A stretch of 64,000 bases of DNA from assembly GCF_963921235.1 (NCBI RefSeq), contig NC_086097.1, positions 101,248,001 through 101,312,000 on the forward strand. Direction: 5' to 3'. Shown piece by piece: positions 50,918 to 64,000 of this stretch. The DNA comes from Mobula hypostoma (lineage: Eukaryota). The notes under the pieces are model-generated. The model made no database searches. It was not told the origin of the DNA and was given only the letters and a program-made list of their open reading frames with translations. The number at the start of each line of letters is the position of its first letter. Position 1 is the stretch's first letter. Made by a program: the position numbers and the translations under genes.

Positions 50918-52712
50918 ATGGAGGTTGAGGAATTTATAAAGGTGCTGAACTTGGAGGCATTAGAGGATGCCAGGAAAGCGGAATTGGCAGCTGTGGCCAA
51001 ACGGTTGAATCTTGTTAAGGGGAAGTCGACAATGAGGACAGAGGAGATACACAGAGCTATAGTAGAGCACTATGTATCTAAAGGTGTGTTTCCCCAAGGG
51101 GAGCTGGAGGTGGTGTCTATTGAAAAACCTGCTGGAGACGCAGTACAGGTGCAGCTTGAAAAACTGAGACTCGAGCACGAGTTCCGAGTACGGCAGCTAG
51201 AACGCGAAGAGAAGCAGTTAGAAAGGCGGGAGAAAGAGAAACATTTAGAAAGGCAGGAGAGAGAGAGACAGTTGGAGAGAGAAGAGAAAGAGAGGGACAG
51301 ACAGTTAGAGAGAGAGGAGAAAGAGAGGCAATGGGAGCAAGAAGAGAGAGAGAGGCAGAGGGAAAAGGAATTTGAGCTGGAGAAGTTAAAGATAAGGGCA
51401 GAGCAGGGGCCCATGCCGAACTAAGGTGGAGGGTTCCGGGTGACCCAGGAGGTTAGGCTGGTTCCCCCATTTGACGATACCGATGTGGATCGGTACTTTC
51501 TCCATTTAAAAAGTTGCTACAAGTCAGGACTGGCCGAGGGATAAGTGGTCTGTTTTGCTTCAGAGTGTACTGAAAGGGAAGGCCCAACAAGCTTACTCCG
51601 CTTTATCCGCGGAAGATGCCCAGAGGTATGAGGTGGTGAAAGAAGCCATCCTCAGGATTTATGAGTTGGTCCCGGAGGCATACCGGCAGAGGTTCCGGAA
51701 TGCGAGGAAGCAGTGGGACCGCACGTATTTAGAGTTTACCCGTGAGATGCAGACATATTGTGAGCGTTGGTGCGCCTCGAAGGGGGTAGAGGGGGATTAT
51801 GACAGACTGCTACAGCTGATCCTGATTGAGCAATTTAAAGGTTGTGTCCCTGAGGGTATGAGACCCTACCTCGATGAGAAAGAGGCAGCCACGTTAGCCG
51901 CAACTGCTAAGTTAGCGGATGAGTATGCGTTGACGCATAAAATGAAGTTTGCCCCGAGTAAAGGCTACCAGAAGGGTAGTCAGGACGGCGGGGAGAGTCC
52001 GCCAGAAAAGTCAGAAAGTAAGCCGGGGACTAGTGAGAAGGATAAGGTAGACCGGGAGCAGTCTGGTAGGAAGTCTCCTGGGGTCGTATGTTATAATTGT
52101 GGGAAAGTCGGACACTTTGCGTCCAGGTGCTTTGCCCCAAAGAAGGAGACGGGAAAAGGAAAAACGGCGATTTTGACTGGCTGTATTGAGCTGGTAAACG
52201 AACTGCTGGGAGAGGACAGGTCTGCCAAAGTTCAGGAAGGGCGCGAGAGGTTTATCTCGGCCGGATTGGTGTCAGTGAAGGAGGGGTTAAAACCAGTTCC
52301 AGTGCGGATCTGGAGAGACACGGGAGCGTGTCAGTCATTGATATTGAAGAGTGTATTAGAGTTTAGTTCAGAGACCCAGACTGGGGAGGTCAAGGTCAAA
52401 GGTATTGGGGAAGGGACAGAGGCAGTCCCTTTGCACCAGATACACCTACAGAGCAACCTGGTCTCTGGACTAGTCACGATCGGGGTGAGGCCCGAATTAC
52501 CGATGAAAGGCGTGGAAGTCTTGCTCGCTAATGACATCGCCGGGGGAATCGTGTTCCCAGCCGTGAGATTGACAGGTCAGCCTGCCAGCATGGAGGCCCC
52601 GCCCATGGACTCACAGGTTCATCCCGGGACTGCTGAAGTAAATTTAGCTGAGACATACCAGGAGGAGGTAGAAAGTGAAAAGAAGGAGTGTAGTGAAACA
52701 AGAGGTAGATAG
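50918..52712 (+). pseudogene. gag: gag-protease: E/R-rich coil, SCAN-like capsid region, CCHC knuckle, DTGA protease; stop at 51422 and frameshift near 51507
   Basis: ORFs 50918..51424 and 51555..52712: LKGKAQQAY, LILIEQFKGCVP, CYNCGKVGHFASRC, WRDTGACQSLI. Confidence 0.88.
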
Positions 52713-52719
52713 GGAGCTG

Positions 52720-53905
52720 AGAAAGACTTAGCATTAGCCAGGAAGGAATTTGTGCAGGCGCAGGAGCGAGACGAGGGGCTGATGGTTTTGGCGGAGACAG
52801 CTCTCTTTGATGCAGAATTAAGAAGGGAGCCAGTAGGCTATTGTGTGGAGGAGGAAGTGCTAAGGAAGAAAGGGAGACCAAGTACCGTACCCGCAGATGA
52901 GGAATGGGGGGGTGGTGCAAAAGGGTTATGGGGATGAGATTTTTAACCTGGCCCACAAGGTACCCCCCGGTGGACATTTTGAGGTACTGGAGGAAACAGT
53001 TGGTGGAATCATGAAAGAGGTTTACCGGCTGCACAGGAGGAAGGATGTTATTGATTATGGCCGACGCGAACTGAGACGGTCACAGGCTTTTGATATGCTA
53101 ACAAACCTAGTCAGTGTTAGCACGGAAATCAATGAAGCTAGGGTCCCCCTGATAAGAGAAAAAAACCATTTTGAAAAGATGAGTATGGTATCGACCAGAT
53201 GGGAGAAGGCTATTGTTTTGGCCAGCTCTGCTGATAAGGTCTCTCCCTTAATCCCCGAACAAAGCGACTCTTTAGGAGAAGTAATTAAACGACTCACACA
53301 CGTGTGTTTGATTGTCCCAAGGCGATGCAAAGAACTGGGACGTTGGGTGGTGTTTGTTACGCTAGGCCTGCCTAGTGAGCAACACCCCTATAGAATGAGT
53401 AATTCAGTGACGAAAGGGCTGACGAACACAGAAGTGTGTATTGGCGATGTAATACGGCTGTCTGAAGCCAGCTTGATAGTGAACCTTGTATAAAATGAGT
53501 TCGGCCACACAAAGGTCACTTATCTGGGAATTGTGGTGACACAGGGGCAGCTGGCAGCGATGCAAGCTAAAGTGCGGGCTATCTCTGACATCCCAACCCC
53601 AACAGACAAGAGGGCCCTCAGAAGGCTCTTGGAGAAGGTGGGGTACTGTAGGAAGTTTTGCAATAACTCTGCGGTTACTACCCCTCCCCCTCCTACTAAG
53701 CCCTTGCGAGAGAAAACTAAGTCGGAATGGGACGACCCTTGCTATTGTGGTCTGGGACGAAACCCAATGAGAGGTTACATTGATCGCAATTCATCAGTGT
53801 TTTTGGCCACTATGAAGTTTGCTAAGTTGGAGCCTGGTCTAAGGGTTTATTAATAACTCATATCAAAGGAACAGAAAATGTGATGTCTGACTGTCTGTCA
53901 GGTGT
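52720..53905 (+). pseudogene. pol: Collapsed pol remnant; fragments in the order integrase N-terminus, RT, RNase H
   Basis: EIFNLAHKVPPGGHF (IN zinc-finger His pair), EQHPYRM, VCIGDV (dead YIDD), VTYLG, PTPTDKRALRRLLEKVGYCRKF, KGTENVMSDCLS. Confidence 0.75.
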
Positions 53906-55608
53906 TGACAACTTAAAATTTGCTGTATTAGCCAAATAGCTGATAAAGATGTATATTTGTGTGTATCAAATAATGTATTCATGTTTGTAATTTTTACCCC
54001 GGTAAAAATCCTTAAAGGTAGGAGGTGTGACGAGAATACACATAGATTAAGATGTTAGCTGTCCTGTGCTGGCACCAGTGGGATCAGCAGTTGGTCTGCC
54101 ACCTGTCTTCAGGAGAAAGAGAGATAAGGAAAACAACGGAGCAGCATTTGGAGATGTTAATGAAGGGACGGGAGAGTTTAACGGAAGGAGAGCTGTCAAG
54201 ATCGGCTCCCCCTTTGAACCCTGAACTGTTTGAAGTGATGGACAGGTTCGCTAAGGCAGGACACACACGACACCACGAGGTAACGAGACCCTGGAAGCGG
54301 TGCGCCTCCCATAAGTCGGTAGGAAGTTTTGGAGGGCTGGTCGCGGGACCAAGCCATAGACGCACAGGGTGGAAAGGCACGATCGGTGGGAACCTGGTGT
54401 GTGTCCGCCCTTGCCTGGGTGCCAGGTTCACCGCAGAGAAACGATCGTATCTGGAAACGCAGGGGTCACGGTCGGTGACCTCAGAAGACATCACAAAGGG
54501 CTCGCCCGAAAGCTGACTGCGAAGAATATCGAAGGTCTGTGTGGAAGCCGTTTGAATATTCATTCGTTTTGCTCTCTCTCTCTCCCTCCCCCCACTGTCC
54601 ATCTCCCACGGCAGTGATTACTGTGAACTGAACTGAACTCAGTTGAACTGAAGTTTGCATCACTTTGAAACTGGTCATTTACCCCTAGACGACGATAGAG
54701 CTTGATTGATCCTGTTATCCTAATTCTGTGTACATGTGTGTTTATCATTGCTGAACTGTTGCATTTATTATCCTTTTGATTAGAGTACTGTGTTGCTTGT
54801 TTCTTTAATAAAACTTTCTTAGTTCTAGTAATCCAGACTCCAACTGAGTGATCCATTTCTGCTGGTTTGGCAACCCAGTTACGCGGTACGTAACAATACT
54901 CACTTTACATAATTCCTTTCTATCCTCCCCACACTCCCATCAGCTCCCCCCCAGACGCTATTCACCTACACATAGTCATGAAGCAGCAGTACTGAAACAA
55001 GCCCTCCTGCCCAAGACATCCATGCTGGCCAGGCTGTCTACCTGAGCTCGTCCCATTTGTCTGTCTTTTCTCGATATCCCTCTAAACCTTTGTTATCCAT
55101 CTACCTGTCCAAATGTCTTTCAAGTTCCTCTGCCAGCTCATTTCACATACCCACTGCTCCCCCAGCAGTGCAAAAAATTTGCCCTCCAGGCCTTCTTTAC
55201 ATCTTTCTCCTCTCACTTTACACCTGTGCCCTTTGGCCATCCCCTGTCACCATTCACCTTACTAAGTCCCTCATGATTTTACAAATGTCTATAAAACCAC
55301 CCTTCAGCATAGAGACAATAGAATCAACCTATCCAGTCTCCCCTTAAAACTCAAGCACTCCAGTCCTGGGAACAAGCTGGTGAATCGATTTTGCTCTTTC
55401 TCCTGTTGCATGACGTTCAAGAGGTTGAAGAAATAGTTCTCAGATTTTCTTCCTTTCTTGGCCTTGGTTCTGTCTGTACATTTAGTATCTCTGTTGGAGA
55501 TATCTGTAGGATGTGGCTGTAGGAGTTGCCTCCATACCAGTTGAACTAAGGTTTACATGCAATAGAACATCTATTAATTAGGCTCATTCCCTTCTCTGCT
55601 TTTGCCTG

Positions 55609-56595
55609 TGTGACGAGGTCCTGAATTACCCCTATGAACTGTGCTCATTTACCCCCATTAACTGTGCTCTTGAAAAGAGAGACAGAGTTATTTAATACCA
55701 ACAACTTGTTTTTAAAAGAGAGAGAGAGAGTTATTTAACACCAACAACTTGTTTTTAAAAAAGAGAGAGATGAAGACTGCTCACAGGTTGTTTATACTTA
55801 CCTCAAGGACATTGCCTGCTTGCATTTCTTACACAGAGAGAGGAAGGAGGAGTTATTTGAGTGACAGTTGATACTCAGCACGGGAAGATAAAATAGGAGG
55901 TCAGATGATAGACCTCAGACACATGTTTTGGACACTGAATGAGCATTGTTTTGTCTGCAGAAAAGGTGGGTTTTGGAGGATCGATCAGGAGGATCGATCC
56001 GTCACTCCTGCAGTGAAAAGGAAAAGGGGTTGACTGGTGGGGAGTTGTCCATGTGTCCACCCTCACCTGGGTGATAGCTCCACCACAGAAAACCGGTCCC
56101 CTTTGTTGAAGTCACAGTCGGTGACTTTTAAAGGATCTCGAAGGGCAACGAGAAGATCGATGGTGTCAGCTCATCTGAAGACTCGATCTCTCCCTCTCTC
56201 TCACTCCATCACTACTCAACTCAATACCATGAACTGAACTGAACTGAACTTTACTCATTAGCGTAAGACTGTATCTTTTTACCCTTAGACTCAAAGAAGC
56301 TTGGTTTTTCATACATATATTTCAACACTTACTGATATACTCACTTATATATATAATCATTGCTAACTTGTTTGATTTATCTACATTTATATTATTGTAT
56401 TGTGTAGTTACTAATAAATATTATTAGTTAATAGCAATACTGGACTCCAAAGTGTTTTCAATCTCTGCTGGTTCTTTAGTCCTGTCACGGGATACGTGAC
56501 AAAATTGGGGCCTGCGTCCATGATATGAACAAATAGTGGGAGGCTTGTTTGAATTGATTGAGGAAAATCCCTTTTAATTTGGTTCTGTGGAAATA
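55609..56595 (+). mobile_element. LTR of a second, related Gypsy family (55609..56501) with PBS, leader and gag start, truncated by satellite
   Basis: TGTGACGAG..ACGTGACA ends; (GAACT)n tract and tctgctggtt shared with the first family; PBS-like tggggcctgcgtccatgat; cagcagaaATGGA as at 50910-50922. Confidence 0.82.
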
Positions 56596-59500
56596 CAGCA
56601 GAAATGGATGATAGTGACTGGGATGTGATTGCCAGGGGAGATGTGTGACTGGGATGTGACGTCTCAGGGGAGGTGGGTGACTCAGATGCGATGTCTCGGG
56701 GGAGGTGGATGGCTGGGATGCGATGTCCCAGGGGAGATAGGTGACTGGAATGTGATTCCCCAGGGGAGATGTCTGACTGGGATGTAATGTCCCAGGGGAG
56801 ATGGGTGACTGGAATGTGATGTCCCGGTGCAGATGTGTGACTGGGATGTGATGTCCTGAGGGAGATGTGTGACTGGGATGCAATTCCCCTGGGGAGATGT
56901 GTGACTGGGATGCGATTCCCCAGGAGAGATGTGTGACTGGGTTTTGATGTCCCAGGGAAGATGGGTAACTAGGATGTGATACCCGAGGGGATGTGATGTC
57001 CCAGGGGAGATGTGTGACTGGGATGAAATGTCCCACGCGAGAAGGGTGACTGGGAAGTGATGTCCCGGGGAGATGTGTGACTAGAATGTGATTCCCAGGG
57101 GAGATGTGTGACTGGGATGTGATGTCCCGGGGGAGGTGGGTGACTGAGATGCGATGTCCCAGGGGAGATGGGTGACTGGGATGTGCTTCCCCAGGGGAGG
57201 TGTGTGATGGGGATGATTCCCCAGAGGATATGTGTGACTGGGATTTGATGTCCCAGGGCAGATGGGTAACAAGGATGTGATACCCGAGGGGAGATGCGTG
57301 ACTGTGATGTGATGACCCAGGGGAGATGTGTGACTGGGATGTGAAGGCCGAGGGGAGATGTGTGACTGGCATGTGATTCCCAGGGGAGATGTGTGAACTG
57401 GGATGTGATGTCCCGGGGGAGGTGGGTGATTCAGATGCAATGTCCAAGGGGAGATGTGTGATTGGGATGTGATGTCCCAGGGGAGATGGGTGACTGGGAT
57501 GTGATTCCCCTGGAGATGTGGGTGACTGGGATGAGATACCCCAGTCAGATGGGTGACTGGGATGTGACGTTCCAGGTGTAGTGTGTGACTGGAATGTGAT
57601 GTCCCAGAGGAGATGGGTGATTGGGATGTGATGACCCGGGGGAGGTGGGTGACTGAGATGCGATGTCCCAGGGGAGATGTTTGACTGGGATGTGATATCC
57701 CAGGGGAGATGGGTTATTCGGATGTGATACACCAGGGGAGATGGGAGACTGGGATGTGATGTCCCAGAGGAGATGGGTGACTAGGATGTGATGACCTGGA
57801 GGAGATTGGTGACTGGGATGTGATGTCCCAGGGGAGATGTGTAACTGGGATGTGGTGTCCCAGGGGAGATGATTGACTGGGATGTGATGTTCCAGAGGAG
57901 ATGTGTGACTAGAATGTGATGTCCCGGAGGTGAAGTGTGACCGGGATGTGATGACCCAGGGGAGAAAGGTAACTGGGATGTGATTCCCCAGGGGAGATGC
58001 GTGACTGGGATGTGATTCCCCAGGGGAGACAGGTGACTGGGATGTGATGTTCCAGGGGAGATGTGTGACTGGAATGTGATGTCCCGGAGGTGATGTGTGA
58101 CTGGGATGTGATGTCCCGGGCAGATGGGTGACTGGAATATGATTCCCCAGGGGAGATGTGAGACTTGGATGTGATGTGCCGGGGGAGATGTGTGACTGGG
58201 ATGTGACCTTCCAGGTGTGGTGTGTGCTGGAATGTGATGTACCAGGGGAGATGTCTGACTGGGATGTGATTCCCCAGGGGAGATGGGTGACTGGGATGTG
58301 ATACCGCAGTGGAGATGGGTGACTGGGATGTGATGTCCCAGAGGAGATGGGTGACGAGGATGTGATGTCCCGGAGGAGATGGGTGACTGGGATTTGATGC
58401 CCCAAGAGAGATGTGTGACTGGGATGTGACGTTCCATTTGTGGTGTGTGCTGGGATGTGATGTTCCAGGGGAGATGTGTGACTGGAATGTGATGTCCTGG
58501 AGGTGAAGTGTGACTGGGATGTGATGTCCCAGGGGAGATGTGTGACTGGGATGAGATTTCCCAGGGGAGATGGGTGACTGGGATGTGATTCCCCAGGGGT
58601 GATGTGTGACTGGGATGTGATTTCCCAGGGGAGGAGTGTGATGGGGATGTGATTCCCCAGGGGCGATGGGTGACTGGGATGTGACATTCCAATTGTAGTG
58701 TGTGCTCGGATGTTATGTGCCAGAGGAGATGAGTGACTGGGAAGTGATGCCCCAGGGCAGATGTGTGACTGGGATGTGATGTCCCAGGGGAGATGGCTGA
58801 CTGGGATGTGATGCCCCAGGGGAGACGTGTGACTAGGATGTGATGTCCCAGAGGAGATGGGTGACTAGGATGTGATGTCCAGGGGGAGATGGGTGACTGG
58901 GATGTCATATTCCAGGGGAGATGCGTGACTGGGATGTGATTCCTCAGCGGAGATGGGTGACTGGGATGTGATGTTCCAAGGGAGATGTGTGACTGGGATG
59001 TGACGTTCCATTTGTGGTGTGTGCTGGGATGTGATGTTCCAGGAGAGATGTGTGACTGGAATGTGATGTCCTGGAGGTGAAGTGTGACTGGGATGTGATG
59101 TCCCAGGGGAGATGTGTGACTGGGATGTGATTTCCCAGGGGAGATGGGTGACTGGGATGTGATTCCCCAAGGGAGATGTGTGACTGGGATGTGATGCCCC
59201 GGGGCAGATGTATGACTGGGATGTGATTTCCCAGGGGAGGAGTGTGATGGGGATGTGATTCCCCAGGGCCGATGGGTGATTGGGATGTGACGTTCCAATT
59301 GTGGTGTGTGCTGGGATGTGATGTGCCAGAGGAGATGGGTGACTGGGATGTGATGCCCCAGGGCAGATGTGTGACTGGGATGTGATGTGCCAGAGGAGAT
59401 GGGTGACTGGGATGTGATGCCCCAGGGGAGATGTGTGACTGGGATGTGATGTCCCAGGGGAGATGTGTGACTGGGATGTGATTCCCCAGGGGAGATGGGT

Positions 59501-62500
59501 GACTGGGATGTGTTGTTCCAGGGGAGATGTGTGATTGGAATGTGATGTCCCGGAGGTGAAGTGTGACTGGGATGTGATGTCCCGGGGGAGATGGATGACT
59601 GGGATGTGATTTCCCAGGGGAGGAATGTGATGAGGATATGATTCCCCTGGGGCGATGGGTGACTGGAATGTGATGTTCCAGGTGTGGTGTGTGCTGGGAT
59701 ATGATGTCCCAGAGGAGATGTGTGACTGGGATGTGATTCCCCAGGGGAGATGTGTGACTGGGATGTGATGTCCCAGGGCAGATGGATGACTGGGATGTGA
59801 TTTCCCAGGGGAGGAATGTGATGAGGATATGATTCCCCTGGGGCGATGGGTGACTGGAATGTGATGTTCCAGGTGTGGTGTGTGCTGGGATATGATGTCC
59901 CAGAGGAGATGGGTGACTGGGATGTGATGTCCCTGGGGAGATGGCTGACTGGGATGTTATGTCCCAGGGGAGATGTGTGACTGGGATGTGATGTCCCAGG
60001 GGAGATGTGTGACTGGGATGTGATGTCCCTGGGGAGATGGCTGACTGGGATGTTATGTCCCAGGGGAGATGTGCGACTGGGATGTGATGTCCCGGGGGAG
60101 ATGGGTAACTGGGATGTCATATTCCAGGGGAGATGTGTGACTGGGATGTGATTCCCAGGGGAGATGTGTGACTGGGATGTGATTCCCAGGCGAAATGTGT
60201 GACTGGGATGTGATGTCCCAGGGGAGATGTTTGACTGGGATGTGATTACCCAGCGGAGATGTGTTACTGGGATGTGATGTCCCATGGGAGAAGGGTAAGT
60301 GGGATGTGATGTCCCCGGGGAGATGTGTGACTAGGATGTGATTCCCCAGGGGAAATGTGCGACTGGGATGTTATGTCCCGGGGGAGATGGGTGACTGGGA
60401 TGTGATGTCCCGGGGAGATGGATGACTGGGATGTGATTCCCAAGGGGATGTGATTCCCCAGGTGCGATGGGTGACTGGGAGGTGACCTTCCAGGTGTGGT
60501 GTGTGCTGGGATGTGATGTACCAGGGGAGGAGTGTGATGTGGATGTGATTCCCCAGGGGCGATGGGTGACTGGGATGTGACCTTCCAGCTGTGGTGTGTG
60601 CTGGGATGTGATGTACCAGGGGAGATGTCTGACTGGGATGTGATTCCCCAGGGGAGATGGGTGACTGGGATGTGATACCGCAGTGGAGATGGGTGACTAG
60701 GATGTGATGTCCCGGAGGAGATAGGTGATTGGGATGTGATGCCCCAGGGAAGATGGGTGACTGGGATGTGATGTCCCAGAGGAGATGGGTGACTAGGATG
60801 TGATGTCCCAGAGGAGATGGGTGACTGGGATGTGATGCCCCACGGGAGATGTGTGACTGGGATGTGATGTCCCAGGGGAGATGTGTGACTGGGATGTGAT
60901 GTTCCAGGGGAGATGGGTGACTGGGATGTGATGTCCCGGAGGTGAAGTGTGACTGGGATGTGATGTCCCAGGGGAAATGTGTGACTGGGATGTGATTTCC
61001 CAGGGGAGATGGCTGACTGGGATGTGATGTTCCAGGGGAGATGTGTGACTGGAATGTGACGTCCCGGAGGTGAAGTGTGACTGGGATGTGATGTCCCAGG
61101 GGAGATGTTTGACTGGGATGTGATATCCCAGGGGAGATGGGTGATTGGGATGTGATAACCCAGGGGAGATAGGTGACTGGGATGTGATGTCCCAGTGGAG
61201 AAGCGTAACTGGGATGTGATTCCCCAGAGGAGATGTGTGACTGGAATGTGATGTCCCGGAGGTGATGTGTGACTGGGATGTGATGTCCCAGGGGAGATGG
61301 GTGACTGGAATGTGATTCCCCAGGGGAGATGTGTCACTGGGATGTGATGTTCCAGGGGAGATCGTGACTAAGATGTGATTTCCCTGGGGAGATGTGTGAC
61401 TGGGATGTGACGTCCCAGGGGAGATGGATGACTGGAATGTGATTCCCAAGGGGATGCGATTCCCCATCGGCGATGGGTGACTGGGAGGTGACCTGCCAGG
61501 TGTGGTGTGCGCTGGGATGCGATGTACCAGGGGAGGAATGTGATGGGGATGTGATTCCCCAGGGGCGATGGGTGACTGGGATGTGACGTTACAATTGTGG
61601 TGTGTGCTGGGATGTGATGTGCCAGAGGAGATGGGTGACTGGTATGTGATGTCCCAGGGGAGACGTGTGACTGGGATGTGATGCCCCAAGGGAGATGTGT
61701 GACTGGGATGTGATTCCCCAGGGGAGATGGGTGACTGGGATGTGATGTCCCATGGGAGAAGGGTGAGTGGGATGTGATGTCCCTGGGCAGAAGGGTAACT
61801 AGGATGTGATATCCCAGGGGAGATGTGTGACTGGGATGTGATGTCCCAGGGCACATGTGTGACTGGGATGTGATTTCCCAGGGGAGATGTGTGACTGGGA
61901 TGAGATTCCCCAAGAGAAATGGGTGACTGGGATGTGATGTTCCAGGGGAGAAGGTTACTGGGATGCGATGTCCCCATGGAAGATGTGTGACTGGGATGTG
62001 ATATCCCGGGGGAGATGCGTGACTGGGATGTGATGCCCAGGGGAGATGTGTGACTGGGATGTGATGTCCCAGGGGAGATGTTTGACTGGGATGTGATGTC
62101 CCAGGGGAGATGTGTGACTGGGATGTGATTCCCCAGGGGAGATGCGTGACTGAGATGTGATGGCCCAGGGGAGACGTGTGACTGGGATGTCATTCCCAGG
62201 GGAGATGTCTAATTGGGATGTGATTTCCCGGGAGAGGTGGGTGACTGAGATGCGATATCCCAGGGGAGATGGGTGAGTGGAATGTGATACCCCAGGGGAG
62301 ATGGGTGACTGGTATGTGATATCCCAGGGGAGATGTGTGACCGGAATGTGATGTCTGGGAGGTAATGTGTGTCTGGGATGTGATGTCCCGGGGGAGATGG
62401 GTGACTGGAATGTGATTCTCCAGGGGAGATGTGTGACTGGGATGTGATGTCCCAGGGGAGATGGGTGATTGGGATGTGATAACCCAGAGGAGATGGGTGA

Positions 62501-64000
62501 CTGGGATGTGATGTTCCTGGGGAGAAGGGTAACTGGGATGTGATATCCCAGGGGAGATGGGTTATTGGGATGTGATAACTCAGGGGAGATGGGTGAGGGG
62601 GATGTGATGTCCCAGGGGAGATGGGTGACTGGGATGTGATGTCCCAGGGGAGATGGGTGATTGGGATGTGATAACCCAGAGGAGATGGGTGACTGGGATG
62701 TGATGTCCCTGGGGAGATGGCTGACTGGGATGTTATGTCCCAGGGGAGATGCGTGACTGGGATGTGATGTCCCAGGGGAGATATGTGACTGGGATGTGAC
62801 TCCCCGGGGGGAGAAGTGTGACTGGGATGTGATATCCCGGGGGAGATGGGTGACTGGGATGTGATTTTCCAGGGGAGATGCGTGACTGGGATGTGATGTC
62901 CCAGGGGAGATGCGTGACTGGGATGTGACTCCCAGGGGGGAGAAGTGTGACTGGGATGTGATGTCCCAGGGGAAATGTGTGACTGGGATGTGATTCCCCA
63001 GGGGAGATGCGTGACTGAGATGTGATGGCCCAGGGGAGATGTGTGACTGGGATGTCATTCCCAGGGGAGATGTCTAATTGGGATGTGATTTCCCGGGGTA
63101 GGTGCATGACTGAGATGCGATGTCCCAGGGGAGATCTTTGACTTGGATGTGATGTCCCAGGGGAGATGTGTGACTGGGATGTGATTCCTCTGGGGAGATA
63201 TGTGACGGAATGCGATGTCCCAGGGGAGATGTTTGACTGGGATGTGATATCCCGAGGGAGATGGATAACTGGGATGTGATTCCCCAGCGGAGATGTGTTA
63301 CTGGGATGTGATGTCCCATGGGAGAAGGGTGAGTGGGATGTGATGTCCCCGGGGAGATGTGTGACTAGGATGTGATTCCCCAGGGGAAATGTGCGACTGG
63401 GATGTGATGTCCCGGGGGAGATGGGTGACTGGGATGTGATGTTCCAGTGGAGATGCGTGACTGGGATGTGATTCCCCAGGGGAGATGGCTGACTGGGATG
63501 TGATGTTCCAGCGGAGATGTGTGACTGGAATGTGATGTCCCGGAGGTGATGTGTAAGTGGGATGTGATGTCCCGGGGCAGATGGGTGACTGAGATGTGAT
63601 GCCCTGTGGAGATCTTTGACTTGGATGTGATGTCCCCGGGGAAATGTGTGACTGGGATGTGATTCCTCTGGGGAGATATGTGACGGAATGCGATGTCCCA
63701 GGGGAGATGTGTGACTGGGATGTGATGTCCCAGGGGAGATGGGTGACTGGGATGTGATGTCCCTGGGGAGAAGGGTAACTGGGATGTGATATCCCAGGGG
63801 AGATGTGTGACTAGGATGTGATTCCCCAGGGGAAATATGTGGCTGGGATGTGACACCCCGGGGGGAGATGCGTGACTGGGATGTGATTCCCCAGGGGAGA
63901 CAGGTGACTGGGATGTGATGTTCCAGGGGAGATGTGTGACTGGAATGTGATGTCCCGGAGGTGATGTGTGACTGGGATGTGATGTCCCGGGCAGATGGGT
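56595..64000. repeat. 32-bp satellite (CTGGGATGTGATGTCCCAGGGGAGATGTGTGA)n, diverged, open at the right edge
   Basis: Directly visible. Each unit contains the inverted pair CTGGGA..TCCCAG. Confidence 0.96.

Larger units (their letters stand above)
50217..54895 (+). mobile_element. Gypsy (Gmr1-like) LTR retrotransposon, non-autonomous; LTRs 50217..50818 and 54026..54895; TSD ATAC
   Basis: TGT..ACA LTRs; atac at 50213-50216 and 54896-54899; tRNA-Pro-like PBS at 50823-50841; polypurine tract at 54014-54025. Confidence 0.93.

Noticed and set aside
54052..54602. ORFs within the LTRs (also 50257..50628 and 48978..49550)
   Set aside because: Frames are not preserved among the three LTR copies and no domain is recognisable.
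56485..63856. Multiple HIPVTHLPWDITSQS ORFs
   Set aside because: Satellite translation, open in all minus frames; the 32-bp unit is not a multiple of 3.
47849..64000. Upstream PLEKHD1 exons (GVIPLGGC.. and earlier)
   Set aside because: Searched by eye and not found; they probably lie right of the window.

Overview
Vertebrate genomic DNA, most likely a cartilaginous fish (ray or shark); this is inferred from the CR1, V-SINE and Penelope repeat repertoire. The window lies inside one minus-strand host gene, PLEKHD1 or a PLEKHD1-like paralog. I located 8 consecutive internal coding exons by hand (47848 down to 10880; 77, 92, 53, 95, 94, 182, 133 and 145 nt). All have GT-AG borders and compatible phases, and together they give about 290 codons covering the end of the PH domain and the coiled coil. 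The ORF track does not assemble this gene. Nearly half of the window is tandem repeat (38, 18, 13/15, 34, 54, 35, 20 and 32 bp units plus a compound microsatellite). Several arrays visibly derive from the retroelement they sit in, and several start next to exon borders. The rest is layered retroelements: a Penelope-like element (RT + GIY-YIG) in inverted arrangement with minimal hammerhead ribozymes, nested in a Rex1-type LINE nested in a CR1; an RTE copy; SINEs; a solo LTR; a Gmr1-like Gypsy provirus with a heavily deleted pol; and a second LTR element that turns into satellite at its gag start. All long low-complexity ORFs are repeat artefacts. I found no clearly new protein system. The best leads are the hammerhead-bearing inverted PLE inside the pre-mRNA, the repeated TE-to-minisatellite conversions and the shrunken Gmr1-like element.
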